Assembly: GCA_963753435.1 (NCBI GenBank)
Contig: CAVWCF010000001.1
Span: 288,001-352,000 of the forward strand
Direction: 5' to 3'
Length of the DNA stretch: 64,000 nt
Source: an uncultured Actinomycetota bacterium
Lineage (GTDB): Bacteria > Actinomycetota > Actinomycetes > CAVWCF01
Made by a program: the position numbers and the translations under genes. The notes beneath the pieces were generated by a model. The model made no database searches. It saw only the letters and a program-made list of their open reading frames with translations, and had not been told where the DNA came from. Position 1 is the stretch's first letter. Each line of letters opens with the position of its first letter. Below, in pieces: positions 52,747-64,000 of the stretch.

Positions 52747-53744
52747 GCCCCGATATTGCCACGGACGCCCATGTTGGCGAGCGCGCCTGCCAACCGGACC
52801 GGATCGTGATGACCTGTTTGGCGTGGGTCGCTGACGTCCTCGAAGCGCACGTCGGCCCCCAGCGCCGCTGCCGAGTTCCGCAATCCGGTCTCCCAGGGCT
52901 TGGCGCTGCTGTCGGCCAGAACATGATCAACTCGCAGCCCGGGGACGTGCTCGGCCAACACGTCCAGATGGCGCGGCGGATCGAAGCCGGCGGTTTCCCC
53001 GGGCTGGCCGACCAGGTTCAACACCACGATGCGCCGCTGGGGGCCGCTGACCACGGCAGCGGCGAGATCGGGCACGAGCAGATGTGGCAGCAGGCTCGTA
53101 TACCAGGAGCCGGGCCCGAGCACGGCGATGTCCGCCTGGCGTAGAGCCGCGACCGCGGCCGGGCAGGCCTGCGGCGGATCCGGATGTAGCCGTACGTCGA
53201 GGATCTCGTCGGCACAGGTGGCAACCGCCTCCTGCCCGGCGACTTCCCGGACCCCGTCCGGACCGCGAACGCTCGCGACGATCTCCAAGGGTTGTTCGCT
53301 CATGGGCAGGACGCGGCCGTGTGTTTGCAGCAGCCGACCCATCCAGTCCAGACCGGCGACCGGATCCCCGGTTATTTCCCACAACGCGGCGAGCAGGACG
53401 TTGCCAACCGCGTGACCGGCCAGGTCCCCCTCGCCGCCGAACCGGTGTTGTGACACCGAACTCCAGGTCGCGCCCCAGTCGTCGTCGCCGCATAGCGCCG
53501 CCAACGCCATGCGTAGGTCCCCTGGCGGCAACCCGCCGAACTGCCGCCGAATGCGACCGCTGGAACCCCCGTTGTCGGCCACGGTCACGACTGCCGTGAG
53601 ATTTGGCGTCAGCCGACGTAGCGCCCGCAGGGAGACGGCGAGTCCGTGACCGCCCCCCAGCGCCACCACGGCCGGCGGTCCACCCTGGCCTTCGCGAGCC
53701 GACGATGGGGCGACCTCGGTCCGGGGCAGGTCGATCTCCGTCAT
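52737..53744 (-). CDS. yvcK: UDP-GlcNAc-binding YvcK/CuvA family protein
   Basis: [29 protein letters not shown]. Confidence 0.9.
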   Translation of the reverse strand: MTEIDLPRTEVAPSSAREGQGGPPAVVALGGGHGLAVSLRALRRLTPNLTAVVTVADNGGSSGRIRRQFGGLPPGDLRMALAALCGDDDWGATWSSVSQHRFGGEGDLAGHAVGNVLLAALWEITGDPVAGLDWMGRLLQTHGRVLPMSEQPLEIVASVRGPDGVREVAGQEAVATCADEILDVRLHPDPPQACPAAVAALRQADIAVLGPGSWYTSLLPHLLVPDLAAAVVSGPQRRIVVLNLVGQPGETAGFDPPRHLDVLAEHVPGLRVDHVLADSSAKPWETGLRNSAAALGADVRFEDVSDPRQTGHHDPVRLAGALANMGVRGNIGAWR

Positions 53745-54619
53745 TCGCGGCCCACGTCCCGATGAACGACCTGCAGGTCAACGCCGTCCGCGCGGAGTCG
53801 CCGAGCCAGGTCCTCGGTGACGGCAACGCTGCGGTGCTTGCCCCCGGTGCAGCCGATCGCAACCGTCAGGAAGCGCTTTCCCTCGCTGCGGAATCCCGGC
53901 AGCGCCTCCCGCAGTAGGCCCTCGATGTTCGTCAGGGCCGGCTCGGCGCTGGGTTGGGAGAGCACGTACTGGCGCACGTCTTCGGTTTGGCCCGTCAACG
54001 GCCGCAACTCGGGGATCCAGTGGGGGTTGGGCAGGAACCGCATGTCCAGAACCAGGTCGGCGTCCAGCGGGATCCCGTACTTGAAGCCAAACGACAGCAA
54101 GGTGACGCGCGTGTCTGCGGCCCCACGGCCTAAGGCCTCGACCTTGTCCCGTAGTTGATGCACCGTCAGGTCGGTCGTGTCGATCACCAAGTCCGCTTGG
54201 GCCCGCAGTGCCGACAGCACGTCCCGTTCGGCCTGAATGCCGTCGACGATGCGACCGGAACCCTGCAGCGGGTGCGGTCGGCGCACCGCCTCGAAGCGAC
54301 GCACGAGCGCTTGGTCGGACGCCTCGAGGAAGACAATCCGCGGGTTCAGTCCCGCCCCCCGGACCTGCTCAAGGGAGTCGGTGAGGTCGGCGAAGAACGC
54401 CCGCCCCCGGACGTCGACCACGACCGCAAGGCGGTCGACCCGCCCCTCGGTTCTAGCGCCGAGGGTCGCCAATGTCGGCAACAAGCCCGGTGGGAGATTG
54501 TCGACGACAAACCAGCCCAGGTCCTCGAGGACGTGCGCGACGGTGCTGCGACCGGCTCCGGACATGCCGCTGATCAGCAACAACTCCGTGCTCGCGGGTC
54601 CCACGGGGGCAGTCGTCAC
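53741..54619 (-). CDS. rapZ: RNase adapter RapZ/YvcJ
   Basis: [29 protein letters not shown]. Confidence 0.93.
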   Translation of the reverse strand: MTTAPVGPASTELLLISGMSGAGRSTVAHVLEDLGWFVVDNLPPGLLPTLATLGARTEGRVDRLAVVVDVRGRAFFADLTDSLEQVRGAGLNPRIVFLEASDQALVRRFEAVRRPHPLQGSGRIVDGIQAERDVLSALRAQADLVIDTTDLTVHQLRDKVEALGRGAADTRVTLLSFGFKYGIPLDADLVLDMRFLPNPHWIPELRPLTGQTEDVRQYVLSQPSAEPALTNIEGLLREALPGFRSEGKRFLTVAIGCTGGKHRSVAVTEDLARRLRADGVDLQVVHRDVGRE

Positions 54620-56493
54620 GAGTGCACCTCTCCAGTCACTTTGTCAACGACTGTGGGTGTCTCAGTGGCGGCGAGCGCCTCGACCACAACGGTCGCGGTG
54701 GCCGGTCCTATCCCTGGCACTTCGGCCACCTCCTCAGCTGTCGCGGCCCGCAGCCGCTTCAATGATCCGAAGTGTCGCAGCAGGGCGGCTTTGCGGGTCG
54801 GACCTAGCCCGGGGATGTCGGACAGGACGGTGTCCACCATCGACCGGGACCGCTTCTTCCGGTGGAAGGAAATTGCGAACCGATGTGCCTCGTCGCGTAC
54901 GCGTTGGAGCAGATACAGGGCGTCGCTGCCACGGGGCAGGATGAGCGGATCCGGGTCGCCAGGCATCCAGACTTCCTCCAGGCGCTTGGCCAGACCAATG
55001 ACGGGGACGTCGCTGCCGGCGGAAACGACTTCGGCGGCCGCTGCCTCCACCTGCGGAGCCCCACCGTCGATCAGGAGCAGTTGCGGTGGGTAGGCGAACC
55101 GACTCGGTCGTTCCGAAGGCTCCGACTCCAGGCGCGCAAACCGTCGCCGAACCACCTCCCGAACGGCGCTCACGTCGTCAACCCCTTCAGGCAGGGCGAA
55201 CCGGCGGTAATCGGACTTGCGTGGCATGCCGTCTTCGAAGACGACCAGGGAACCGACGGTCTGCGTCCCCTGCAGCGTGGAGATGTCTACGGCCTCGATG
55301 CGCAGGGGCGCCCGCTCCAGCCCCAGCTGCTCCTGCAGATCGGCCAGCGCCTGCCCTCTGGCGGTTAGGTCCCCGGCGCGGCGCAACTTGTGCAGGGCCA
55401 ACGACTGATCGGCGTTCCGGGTGGCCGTGGCCAAGAGTGAACGCCGGTCCCCGCGCTTGGGGACGGCGATGGTGACCGGTCGCCCGCGGAACTGCTGCAG
55501 CCATCGCTCCACGCCGACGGGCAGTTCCACCGGCAAGAGGACCAGTCGCGGCGGCGGCTGGGATTCGTCGTAGATCTGGGCCAGCAGGTGTTCGAGCAGG
55601 CCGGCGGTGTCCACGTCTTCCACCCGCTCGACCACCAGACCGCGCTCGGCACGTACACGGCCGCCGCGAACGTGAAACAGGTGCACGGCGGCCTCGAGGT
55701 CGTCCTCGGCCAGACCGACCACATCCGCGTCGACACCGTCCGGCAAGACGACCGCGTTGCGTTCCAGGACGCGGCCCAGCGCCGCCAGGTCGTCTCGCAG
55801 CCGGGCAGCCCGCTCGTAGTCCTGGGCTGCGGCGGCAGTGCGCATCTCCGCCTCCAAGCGGCGAACAAACGGTTCGGTACGGCCGGTGAGGAAGTCGCAG
55901 AAGTCCTCGACCAACTGCCGATGTTCGGCCGCGTCAACACGTTCGACGCAGGGCGCGCTGCACTTGTCGATATAGCCCAACAAGCACGGGCGTCCGGAGG
56001 CCTTGGCCCGCCGAAAGACCCCGGCTGAACAGGTGCGCACCGGGAAGGCGCGCAACATGAGGTCGACGGTTTCCCGAATGGCCCAGGCATGGGCGAACGG
56101 ACCGAAGTAGCGAACGCCACGCTTGCGGGCGCCCCGATACACATGCACCCGCGGAAACTGCTCATTGACTGTCACCGCGAGTAGCGGGTAGCTCTTGTCG
56201 TCGCGGTACTTGATGTTGAAGCGCGGTTGGTACTCCTGGATCCAGGCGTACTCCAGTTGCAGCGCCTCGACCTCGTTACTGACCACCGTCCAATCGACCG
56301 AAGCCGCGGTGGTGACCATGGCTTGCGTCCGGGGATGCATCTCCACGAAGCCGGTGAAGTAGTTCGCCAACCTGGACCGGAGGCTGTTCGCCTTGCCGAC
56401 ATAGATGACGCGGCCGTCGTTATCCCGGAACCGGTAGACCCCCGGTTCGGCCGGGATGGTTCCCGGCTCGGGCCGGTACTGCGGGTAGACCAC
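54616..56493 (-). CDS. uvrC: Excinuclease ABC subunit C
   Basis: GVY...[19 protein letters not shown], HhH. Confidence 0.96.
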   Translation of the reverse strand: MVYPQYRPEPGTIPAEPGVYRFRDNDGRVIYVGKANSLRSRLANYFTGFVEMHPRTQAMVTTAASVDWTVVSNEVEALQLEYAWIQEYQPRFNIKYRDDKSYPLLAVTVNEQFPRVHVYRGARKRGVRYFGPFAHAWAIRETVDLMLRAFPVRTCSAGVFRRAKASGRPCLLGYIDKCSAPCVERVDAAEHRQLVEDFCDFLTGRTEPFVRRLEAEMRTAAAAQDYERAARLRDDLAALGRVLERNAVVLPDGVDADVVGLAEDDLEAAVHLFHVRGGRVRAERGLVVERVEDVDTAGLLEHLLAQIYDESQPPPRLVLLPVELPVGVERWLQQFRGRPVTIAVPKRGDRRSLLATATRNADQSLALHKLRRAGDLTARGQALADLQEQLGLERAPLRIEAVDISTLQGTQTVGSLVVFEDGMPRKSDYRRFALPEGVDDVSAVREVVRRRFARLESEPSERPSRFAYPPQLLLIDGGAPQVEAAAAEVVSAGSDVPVIGLAKRLEEVWMPGDPDPLILPRGSDALYLLQRVRDEAHRFAISFHRKKRSRSMVDTVLSDIPGLGPTRKAALLRHFGSLKRLRAATAEEVAEVPGIGPATATVVVEALAATETPTVVDKVTGEVHS

Positions 56494-56513
56494 GTGGTGA
56501 GCGTAGGAGTCGC

Positions 56514-56963
56514 TCAGGCGACCGTCACCACGACCTCGTCACCATCAACCGAAGCGGTTGCGACCGCCAAACCGCGTGTTGCCGGCCCCTGGATGACCCC
56601 TCCGTCAGCCGTGGAGAACTGGCTGCCGTGGCACGGGCACGAGATGGCGCCATCGGCGACGGAGTCGACGGTGCAGCCCTGATGCGGGCAGACCGCCGAG
56701 AAGGCGCGCACGTCGGCGCCGTCCTTAACGACGACCACATCCCCGACCACGGTGCCCCCGCCGTCGGGGATATCAGCGGCTTTGATCCGGATCTCGCCCG
56801 CGGTGTCCGCTGAATCGCCAGCGGCTCCGGTCGAGTCAGTCGCAGAGCCCGAGTCGGCTGTGTCCTCGCCGCCGCAGGCGGCCAACGCCGGGGCCAAAAC
56901 ACCGGCCGCACCAACGGCTGCGGCACCACCAAGCACCCGTCTACGGGTCAGTTCCTCGTTCAT
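56514..56963 (-). CDS. Tat-exported Rieske (2Fe-2S) lipoprotein
   Basis: TRRRVL twin-Arg, LAAC lipobox, CPHQGC...CPCHGS. Confidence 0.88.
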   Translation of the reverse strand: MNEELTRRRVLGGAAAVGAAGVLAPALAACGGEDTADSGSATDSTGAAGDSADTAGEIRIKAADIPDGGGTVVGDVVVVKDGADVRAFSAVCPHQGCTVDSVADGAISCPCHGSQFSTADGGVIQGPATRGLAVATASVDGDEVVVTVA

Positions 56964-56972
56964 GAGCCGAGG

Positions 56973-59885
56973 CTAACTCTGTTTCGTCGACTTGGCGCGA
57001 CGCCGCCCGCTCCCCTTGCCTCCGGTCCCGGGTGCGCCAGTGACCGGCTGGCTCAGCATGTGCGCGAGGAACCGGCCCGTGTGACTGTCTGAATAGGCAG
57101 CCACCTCCTCCGGCGTGCCAGTGGTCACCACTTTGCCGCCACCGTGGCCACCTTCGGGCCCCATGTCCACGATCCAGTCGGCTGTCTTGATCACGTCCAG
57201 GTTGTGTTCGATGACGATGACCGTGTTGCCCCCGTCCACCAGCCGGCCAAGGACGCCCAGCAACTTGCGCACGTCTTCGAAGTGCAGCCCGGTCGTCGGT
57301 TCGTCCAAGACGTAGACGGTGCGCCCGGTGGACCGCCGCTGCAGTTCGGACGCCAGTTTGACCCGCTGTGCTTCGCCTCCGGAGAGGGTGGGTGCGGGCT
57401 GCCCCAGGCGCACGTACCCCAACCCGACGTCCACCAACGTGGCCAAGTGCCGGCGGATCGCGGGCACCGCCTCGAAGAAGTCCAAAGCTTCCTCAATCGG
57501 CATGTCCAGGACTTCCGCGATCGTGCGCCCCTTGAAGTGCACCTCAAGCGTTTCCCGGTTGTACCGGGCGCCCCGGCAGACCTCGCAAGGCACGTAGACA
57601 TCCGGCAGGAAGTTCATCTCGATCTTGATGGTGCCGTCCCCGGCGCAGGACTCGCACCGGCCACCCTTGACGTTGAAGGAGAATCGGCCCGGCTGGTAGC
57701 CGCGCACCTTTGCCTCGGTGGTCGCTGCGAAGAGTTTGCGGACGTGATCGAAAACGCCGGTGTAGGTGGCTGGGTTTGAGCGTGGGGTCCTCCCGATCGG
57801 GCTCTGGTCTACGTGCACCACCTTGTCCACGAGATCGGTTCCGGTGAGCCGAAGATGCCGTCCGGGCACAGTCCGCGCCGCGTGCAGATCCCGAGCCAAC
57901 GCGCGGTACAGGACGTCGTTCACCAGGGTCGACTTGCCCGAACCGGAGACGCCGGTAACTGCGATGAAGGTGCCCAAGGGGAACGGCACGGTCAGGTTCT
58001 GCAGATTGTGCTCGCGGGCGCCGTGCACCACCAGTTCCCGTTCTGGGGTTCGGGGTCGACGCACTTCGGGCACGGCGATCTGCTCGCGACCGGAAAGGTA
58101 CGCGCCGGTCAGCGAATCGGGATGTTCCAGCAGCTCCTTCACGTCGCCGGAAACGACCACCTGACCGCCGTGCTCCCCCGCCCCCGGACCGATGTCGACA
58201 ACCCAGTCCGCGGTCCGGATCGTGTCCTCGTCGTGCTCAACGACGATGAGGGTGTTGCCCAGGTCCCGCAGCCGGACCAGCGTGTCGATCAGGCGGTGGT
58301 TGTCTCGCTGATGCAGTCCGATGCTGGGCTCGTCGAGCACATACAGGACGCCGACCAAGCCGGACCCGATCTGCGTGGCCAAGCGGATCCGCTGCGCCTC
58401 ACCGCCGGCCAGCGTCCCCGCGGCCCGGTCCAGAGTGAGGTAATCCAGGCCCACATCGAGCAGGAATCGCAGCCGCTCGCCGACCTCCTTCAGCACCCGG
58501 GAGGCGATCTGCTGGTCCCGGTCCGACAGGGTCAGATCAGCAAGGAAGCGGGAACACTCGTCGACAGGCATGGCCGCCACGTCGGCGATGGATCTGCCAC
58601 CGATCGTGACCGCCAGACTGATCGGCTTCAGCCGCGAGCCGGCGCACGTGGGGCATGGGATCTGCCGCATGAAGCCTTCGAATCGCTCCCGGCTGGAGTC
58701 ACTCTCGGATTCGGAGTGCCGCCGCTGGATGTAGGGAATGACACCCTCGAAATGGGTGGTGTAGACGCGCTCCCTGCCGAAACGGTTTCGGTAACGCACG
58801 TCCAGCGGCTCATCCCAGCCGAACAGGACCGCCTCCTTGGCCTTTGCGGGCAAGGCCCGGAAGGCGGTTTCGGCGGAGAACCCAGCTGCCTCGCTGAGGG
58901 CATCCAGCAACCGGGCGAAGTAGTCCGACGTACTGCCGGACCCCGACCATGGCGCGACCGCGCCGTCGGCCAGTGAGCGGTCCGGGTCGGGGATCACCAA
59001 CTCGGGGTCGACTTCCATTCGCGTGCCCAGACCGCTGCACTCACCGCAGGCGCCATAGGGGCTGTTGAAGGAGAAGGACCGCGGCTCCAACTCCTCAAAG
59101 GAGAGCCCGTCGTCCAAGCAGGCCAAGTGTTCAGAGAACGTTCGCTCGCGTTCGGGGTCGTCATCCGGCAGATCCACGAAGTCCAGAAGGACGGTCCCGC
59201 CGGTCATGGTCAGCGCTGTCTCGATGGAGTCCGTGAGCCGCCGCCGGGCAGTCCCCTTGACCGCCAGCCGGTCCACCACTGCCTCGATCGTGTGCTTGCG
59301 CTGCTTGTGCAGTTTGGGGGGATCGGTGAGGGCCACGACCTCTCCGTTGACGCGCGCCCGCGCAAAACCCTTGGTCTGGAGTTCGTTGAACAAGTCGACG
59401 TACTCGCCCTTGCGACTGCGGACCACCGGTGCCAGGACCTGGAAGCGGGTGCCCTCCGGCAACTCCAGAATCTGGTCCACGATCTGCTGGGGCGTCTGCC
59501 TGGCGATGGGCCGACCGCACTCGGGGCAATGCGGCTTGCCAATCCGCGCGTAGAGCAGGCGCAGGTAGTCGTAGACCTCGGTGATGGTTCCGACCGTGGA
59601 CCGCGGGTTGCGCGATGTGGACTTCTGGTCGATCGAGACAGCTGGCGAAAGGCCCTCGATGAAATCCACGTCCGGCTTGTCCATCTGGCCCAGGAATTGC
59701 CGGGCGTAGGCGGACAGGCTCTCGACGTACCGCCGTTGCCCCTCCGCGAAGATCGTGTCGAACGCGAGGCTGGACTTGCCCGAACCCGACAGGCCCGTGA
59801 ACACGATCAATGCCTCGCGGGGCAGGTCCAGCGAAACGTCCTTGAGGTTGTGCTCCCGCGCGCCGCGGACGACCAACCGATCCAC
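56973..59885 (-). CDS. uvrA: Excinuclease ABC subunit A
   Basis: GAREHNL, two Walker A, zinc fingers, LSGGEAQR. Confidence 0.98.
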   Translation of the reverse strand: MDRLVVRGAREHNLKDVSLDLPREALIVFTGLSGSGKSSLAFDTIFAEGQRRYVESLSAYARQFLGQMDKPDVDFIEGLSPAVSIDQKSTSRNPRSTVGTITEVYDYLRLLYARIGKPHCPECGRPIARQTPQQIVDQILELPEGTRFQVLAPVVRSRKGEYVDLFNELQTKGFARARVNGEVVALTDPPKLHKQRKHTIEAVVDRLAVKGTARRRLTDSIETALTMTGGTVLLDFVDLPDDDPERERTFSEHLACLDDGLSFEELEPRSFSFNSPYGACGECSGLGTRMEVDPELVIPDPDRSLADGAVAPWSGSGSTSDYFARLLDALSEAAGFSAETAFRALPAKAKEAVLFGWDEPLDVRYRNRFGRERVYTTHFEGVIPYIQRRHSESESDSSRERFEGFMRQIPCPTCAGSRLKPISLAVTIGGRSIADVAAMPVDECSRFLADLTLSDRDQQIASRVLKEVGERLRFLLDVGLDYLTLDRAAGTLAGGEAQRIRLATQIGSGLVGVLYVLDEPSIGLHQRDNHRLIDTLVRLRDLGNTLIVVEHDEDTIRTADWVVDIGPGAGEHGGQVVVSGDVKELLEHPDSLTGAYLSGREQIAVPEVRRPRTPERELVVHGAREHNLQNLTVPFPLGTFIAVTGVSGSGKSTLVNDVLYRALARDLHAARTVPGRHLRLTGTDLVDKVVHVDQSPIGRTPRSNPATYTGVFDHVRKLFAATTEAKVRGYQPGRFSFNVKGGRCESCAGDGTIKIEMNFLPDVYVPCEVCRGARYNRETLEVHFKGRTIAEVLDMPIEEALDFFEAVPAIRRHLATLVDVGLGYVRLGQPAPTLSGGEAQRVKLASELQRRSTGRTVYVLDEPTTGLHFEDVRKLLGVLGRLVDGGNTVIVIEHNLDVIKTADWIVDMGPEGGHGGGKVVTTGTPEEVAAYSDSHTGRFLAHMLSQPVTGAPGTGGKGSGRRRAKSTKQS

Positions 59886-59958
59886 TCGCGCACCCCTTCT
59901 CGCGCCCTCGCCACCTGGCCAGGCCTAACGTTCGGCGCACCCGGCGCCCGGTGCGGTC

Positions 59959-59980
59959 AGGCTAACCGCCGGGACCGACC
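59959..59980 (-). promoter_or_regulatory. Putative RecA-independent (RecA-NDp/PafBC-type) DNA-damage promoter of uvrA
   Basis: Minus strand GGTCGG-N10-TAGCCT versus consensus TGTCGG-N10-TANNNT (one mismatch). Confidence 0.6.
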
Positions 59981-60050
59981 ATCGCGCTACGGTGCCGGGC
60001 AGCAGGTGCGGAGCCGAAGGGGCACGAATGCGGCAGACGGCAGGCAGGTC

Positions 60051-60707
60051 ATGACCGGATACAGCGGACGGGTGCGCGTCGGTGGGCCCCCGGACGTGCG
60101 CGAACTGCCAAACCTGGTGATCACCAAGGTCGCCGTCGGCGGGATGGACAACAACTGCTACCTGCTGCGCTGCCGGCGGACCGGCGCCCAATTGCTGGTA
60201 GACGCGGCCGCAGATGCGCCGCTACTGCTGGAGTTGGCCGGCGCCGGCTCCCTGCAGGCGGTGGTGACAACTCACGCCCATGCCGATCACTACGGGGCGT
60301 TGTCGGAGGTGGTTGCCGCCACCGGCGCCCGTACTTTCGCCCACCCCGCGGATGCCGCTGCGCTGCCGGTCGAGACGGATGTCCTCGTCCAGGACGATGA
60401 TCGGATCCACTTCGGTGATGTGCAGTTGCTCGTCACCCATCTGCAGGGCCACACGGACGGCTCGATCGTGCTGGGCTATGACGACCCGGACGGGCACCCA
60501 CACCTGTTCACGGGCGACTGCCTGTTTCCTGGCGGCGTCGGCCGGACCGACGATGCGAGGGCCTTCGATTCCCTGTACTCCGGTGTGGTGAGCAAGTTGT
60601 TCGACCGCTTCCCAGACGAGACCTGGGTCTACCCGGGACACGGCGCGGACACCACTCTGGGGGCGGAACGACCGGAGCTGCCTGCCTGGCGCGAGCGGGG
60701 CTGGTAG
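60051..60707 (+). CDS. Metallo-beta-lactamase-fold hydrolase
   Basis: MDNNCYLL, THAHADH, GHT, FTGD, YPGHG. Confidence 0.9.
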   Translation: MTGYSGRVRVGGPPDVRELPNLVITKVAVGGMDNNCYLLRCRRTGAQLLVDAAADAPLLLELAGAGSLQAVVTTHAHADHYGALSEVVAATGARTFAHPADAAALPVETDVLVQDDDRIHFGDVQLLVTHLQGHTDGSIVLGYDDPDGHPHLFTGDCLFPGGVGRTDDARAFDSLYSGVVSKLFDRFPDETWVYPGHGADTTLGAERPELPAWRERGW

Positions 60708-60710
60708 GCG

Positions 60711-60881
60711 GTGCCAACCAGCAAGCGCTCAGCCGCCTTATGGCTTCTCCTCGCAACCCTCGCAGTCATCGCGGTAGCAGCCTTCTTCGTCGCTTCGCGC
60801 TCGGACAGCGACGGTGAAATGGGCAACGACCCAGGAGTGGGCGATCAGGACCGAATCCAGGATCGGACAAACCGCCCCTAG
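60711..60881 (+). CDS. 56-aa single-TM small protein
   Basis: Manual translation MPTSKRSAALWLLLATLAVIAVAAFFVASRSDSDGEMGNDPGVGDQDRIQDRTNRP; starts 3 nt after the MBL stop. Confidence 0.5.
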   Translation: MPTSKRSAALWLLLATLAVIAVAAFFVASRSDSDGEMGNDPGVGDQDRIQDRTNRP

Positions 60882-60900
60882 TTGCGGGCGGCGATTGCGT

Positions 60901-61077
60901 TCAGGACTTGCCGATCGTGGGGTCGGCCCCGGGGCAGGGCCATGAATCCACACCGCGCCCCACCCGGTGGGCCCGAATCCGGCCATCCGAGGCACGGGTT
61001 GACACTTCGCGGCCACACACGGGGCAATCCTGCTTGGCGTCGGCCGCCTGGGCGTTGCCTTGTGCCTGGGGTGCCAT
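60901..61077 (-). CDS. 58-aa putative zinc-ribbon protein
   Basis: CPVCG...RAH...WPCPG (C-x2-C...H...C). Alternative start 61083. Confidence 0.55.
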   Translation of the reverse strand: MAPQAQGNAQAADAKQDCPVCGREVSTRASDGRIRAHRVGRGVDSWPCPGADPTIGKS

Positions 61078-61112
61078 CCTCATGTGCGGGCCCTACCCGC
61101 AACCAAACGGCG

Positions 61113-62069
61113 TCAAACATCCCGTTCTTCGCTGATCCGACCGCCGGAGGCGCGCAGGCTCACGATCACCGTGACCGCGAGGATCGACAGGATGACCACT
61201 AGCGACGCCACGATGCCGATTTCGGGAACGTTCCAGCCGCTTTCGTGCAACGCGTGCAGGATCAGCTTCACGCCGATGAAGGCCAGGATCACCGCCAACC
61301 CCTTGTCCAGGTACACCAGGCGATCCAGCAGGTTGTCCAGCAGGAAGTACAGCTGCCGCAGCCCCATAAGGGCGAAGGCGTTGGCCGTGAACACGATGTA
61401 GGGCTCAGTAGTCAGCCCGAAGATCGCGGGGATGGAGTCGAGGGCAAAGACCAGGTCGATGACGAAGAGAGCAATGACCACCATCAGCAGCGGGGTGGCC
61501 ATCAGTCGTCCGGAATACCGAGTGAGGAAGCGACCCTCGTCGTAATCCGGGGATACGGGCAACACCCGCCGAATTCGTCGCAGGATCACGTTCTGGGCGG
61601 GATCCTCTTCGGTCCCATGGCCGGTCAGCAGCTTCGCTGCGGTGTAGAGCAAGAACCCGCCGAAGACCAGGAACAGCCAGTCGAACCGGTCCAGCGCCGC
61701 CGCGCCGACGAGGATGAAGATGAATCGAAGCACGAGCGCGAAGGTGATCCCGATCAGCAGCACCTTCTGCTGGTACAGGCGTGGCACCGCGAAGCTGCTC
61801 AGGATCAGTGCGAAAACGAACAGGTTGTCGACCGAAAGGCTGTACTCGGTCAACCAGCCGGCGTAGTACTGCAGGGCGTAGTCGCCACCCCACACTGCGG
61901 CGACCAATCCGCCGAAGGCGATGGCCGCGGTGACGTAGACCGCAACCCAGATCCCGGCCTCGCGGGGCCGCACCACGTGTGGCCGGCGGGCTGCGACGAT
62001 GAACTCAACGATGTAGACGCCGAATATGGCCACCAAGGTGACAGCCCAAACGGTGGCGCTGACGTTCAA
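61113..62069 (-). CDS. TerC/Alx-family metal homeostasis membrane protein
   Basis: EYSLSVDNLFVF, DLVFALDSIPAI, GLRQLYF. Confidence 0.93.
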   Translation of the reverse strand: MNVSATVWAVTLVAIFGVYIVEFIVAARRPHVVRPREAGIWVAVYVTAAIAFGGLVAAVWGGDYALQYYAGWLTEYSLSVDNLFVFALILSSFAVPRLYQQKVLLIGITFALVLRFIFILVGAAALDRFDWLFLVFGGFLLYTAAKLLTGHGTEEDPAQNVILRRIRRVLPVSPDYDEGRFLTRYSGRLMATPLLMVVIALFVIDLVFALDSIPAIFGLTTEPYIVFTANAFALMGLRQLYFLLDNLLDRLVYLDKGLAVILAFIGVKLILHALHESGWNVPEIGIVASLVVILSILAVTVIVSLRASGGRISEERDV

Positions 62070-62101
62070 GCGGCCCCTCTCGTCCCGGCCACCCTAGGCG
62101 C

Positions 62102-64000
62102 CTATCTGCCCGGGCCGACCCCTGCAGCGTCCATGCCGCGCAGTTCCCGCTTCAAATCAGCCACCTCGTCACGCAGCCGGGCGGCCAACTCGAACTGCAG
62201 GCTCTCGGCGGCACTGTGCATCTGCGCCGTTAACTCCGAGATCAACCCGGCCAGTTCGGCCCGCGGCAGGTCGCGGGGGGCCCGCTCCCGCCCGGATGAC
62301 GACATCCCCGGCATCGGCACCTTGCCACGAGACCTGCCCCGGCCCCCGCCGCCCACAAGCTGCTCGGTGTCCGCTTCCTCGCGCGCCAAGACGTCGGTTA
62401 TGTCAGCGATCCGCTTGCGCAGTGGGGTCGGGTCAATCCCCATCTCAGCGTTGTATGCGATCTGCTTTGCCCGCCGTCGCGACGTTTCGTCGATCGCGCG
62501 CCGCATGGAGTCGGTGACCTCATCGGCGTACATGATCACCTGACCAGAGACGTTCCGGGCGGCACGGCCGATGGTCTGAATCAGCGAGGTGGCGGATCGC
62601 AGGAAACCTTCCTTGTCGGCGTCCAGGATCGCGACCAGGGAGACCTCCGGCAGGTCGAGACCCTCGCGCAACAGGTTGATACCAACTAGGACGTCGTACT
62701 CCCCCAGCCGCAGTTCGCGAAGCAGTTCCACTCGTCGCAGCGTGTCCACTTCGGAGTGCATGTAGCGCACCCGTAGCCCGACTTCCAGCAGGTAGTCGGT
62801 CAGGTCTTCAGCCATGCGCTTGGTCAAGGTTGTGACGAGCACCCGCTCGTTCCGCTCGGCCCGAAGCCGGATCTCCTCGATGAGGTCGTCGATCTGCCCC
62901 CGGGTGGGGCGCACCAAGACTTCCGGGTCCACCAAACCGGTGGGCCGGATGATCTGCTCGACGGCCCCATCAGAACGCGACAGCTCATACGCAGCCGGAG
63001 TGGCCGACATGTACACCGTTTGGCCAGTGCGCTCCAGGAACTCCTCCCACTTCAGTGGCCGGTTGTCCATGGCACTGGGCAGCCGGAAGCCGTGCTCCAC
63101 GAGCGTGCGCTTGCGCGACATGTCTCCCTCGTACATGCCCCCGATCTGTGGGACGGTCACATGGCTCTCGTCGATTACCAGCAGGAAGTCCTCCGGGAAG
63201 TAGTCCAGGAGAGTGTTCGGCGGGGTACCCACCGCCCGTTGGTCGACGTGGCGGGAGTAGTTCTCAATGCCTGAACAAGTCCCTACCTGCCGCATCATCT
63301 CGATGTCGTAGGCGGTCCGCATTCGCAGCCGTTGCGCCTCCAGCAACTTGTTCTCCCGCTCCAACTCCGCAAGTCGCTGCTCGAGCTCGGCCTCAATGGA
63401 GCTGATGGCGGTCTCCATGCGCTCGGGACCGGCCACGTAGTGGCTCGCCGGGAAGATGTACAGCTCGGTGTCCTCGGAGACGACTTCCCCGGTGATCGGG
63501 TGCAAGGTGGACAGGCGCTCGATCTCGTCACCGAAGAACTCGATGCGGACAGCGTGCTCCTCATACACCGGGATCACCTCAACGGTGTCCCCACGTGCGC
63601 GGAAGGTTCCGCGGGTGAACGCAAGATCGTTGCGGCTGTACTGGACGCCGACCAGCGCCCGCAACAATTCGTCCCGATCGACGGTGTCCCCCACCCGGAG
63701 CCGGATCATTCGATCCACGTACTCCTGCGGGGTGCCGAGACCGTAGATGGCAGACACCGTCGCAACGACGACTACGTCTCGCCGCGTGAGGAGGCTGTTC
63801 GTAGCCGAGTGGCGCAGCCGCTCAACCTCTTCATTGATCGCCGTGTCCTTCTCGATGTAGGTGTCCGTCTGCGGGATGTACGCCTCGGGTTGGTAGTAGT
63901 CGTAGTAGGAGACGAAGTATTCGACCGCGTTGCGGGGCAACAACTCCCGGAACTCGTTTGCCAACTGCGCCGCCAACGTCTTGTTGTGGGCCATCACCAG
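62102..64000 (-). CDS. uvrB: Excinuclease ABC subunit B (5' end beyond window)
   Basis: [32 protein letters not shown]-terminal UVR domain. Confidence 0.97.
   Translation of the reverse strand: MVMAHNKTLAAQLANEFRELLPRNAVEYFVSYYDYYQPEAYIPQTDTYIEKDTAINEEVERLRHSATNSLLTRRDVVVVATVSAIYGLGTPQEYVDRMIRLRVGDTVDRDELLRALVGVQYSRNDLAFTRGTFRARGDTVEVIPVYEEHAVRIEFFGDEIERLSTLHPITGEVVSEDTELYIFPASHYVAGPERMETAISSIEAELEQRLAELERENKLLEAQRLRMRTAYDIEMMRQVGTCSGIENYSRHVDQRAVGTPPNTLLDYFPEDFLLVIDESHVTVPQIGGMYEGDMSRKRTLVEHGFRLPSAMDNRPLKWEEFLERTGQTVYMSATPAAYELSRSDGAVEQIIRPTGLVDPEVLVRPTRGQIDDLIEEIRLRAERNERVLVTTLTKRMAEDLTDYLLEVGLRVRYMHSEVDTLRRVELLRELRLGEYDVLVGINLLREGLDLPEVSLVAILDADKEGFLRSATSLIQTIGRAARNVSGQVIMYADEVTDSMRRAIDETSRRRAKQIAYNAEMGIDPTPLRKRIADITDVLAREEADTEQLVGGGGRGRSRGKVPMPGMSSSGRERAPRDLPRAELAGLISELTAQMHSAAESLQFELAARLRDEVADLKRELRGMDAAGVGPGR

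Noticed and set aside
59921-59936. LexA SOS box before uvrA
   Set aside because: Only one half-site (CGAAC); no GTTCG partner at N4.
62070-62101. yybP-ykoY Mn riboswitch upstream of terC
   Set aside because: Only 32 nt between uvrB and terC, already holding a -10 (TAGGGT) and an RBS.

Overview
High-GC, tightly packed actinobacterial (Actinomycetota) core-chromosome segment. Exact taxon cannot be determined from the sequence; the compact layout suggests an uncultured or streamlined lineage (inference). It holds the conserved uvrB-terC-uvrA-Rieske-uvrC-rapZ-yvcK-whiA-gap-pgk-tpiA-secG-rbpA block, tkt-tal-pgi, ctaB/ctaA, the sufR-sufBD-Rieske-sufCSU-sufT operon, fabG-fabI, tldD/tldE, serB and nfeD-SPFH. 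I found no rRNA, tRNA, CRISPR, IS or prophage. Best leads: (1) a DUF4397 surface protein + class F sortase + SigK-like ECF sigma + zinc anti-sigma module inserted before ctaA, with SigK-type promoter motifs there and before DUF3099-SURF1; (2) an intact PAP2 phosphatase coupled to a degenerate-PAP2/intact-kinase/flippase-like fusion; (3) a racemase/maleate-isomerase-fold protein lacking both catalytic cysteines; (4) two single-base frameshifts (tkt and a Gfo oxidoreductase), most likely assembly indels; (5) a probable CTG start codon; (6) two small proteins; (7) about 15 putative leaderless genes; (8) zwf-opcA-pgl missing from their usual locus. All family calls come from motif recognition, not database searches.
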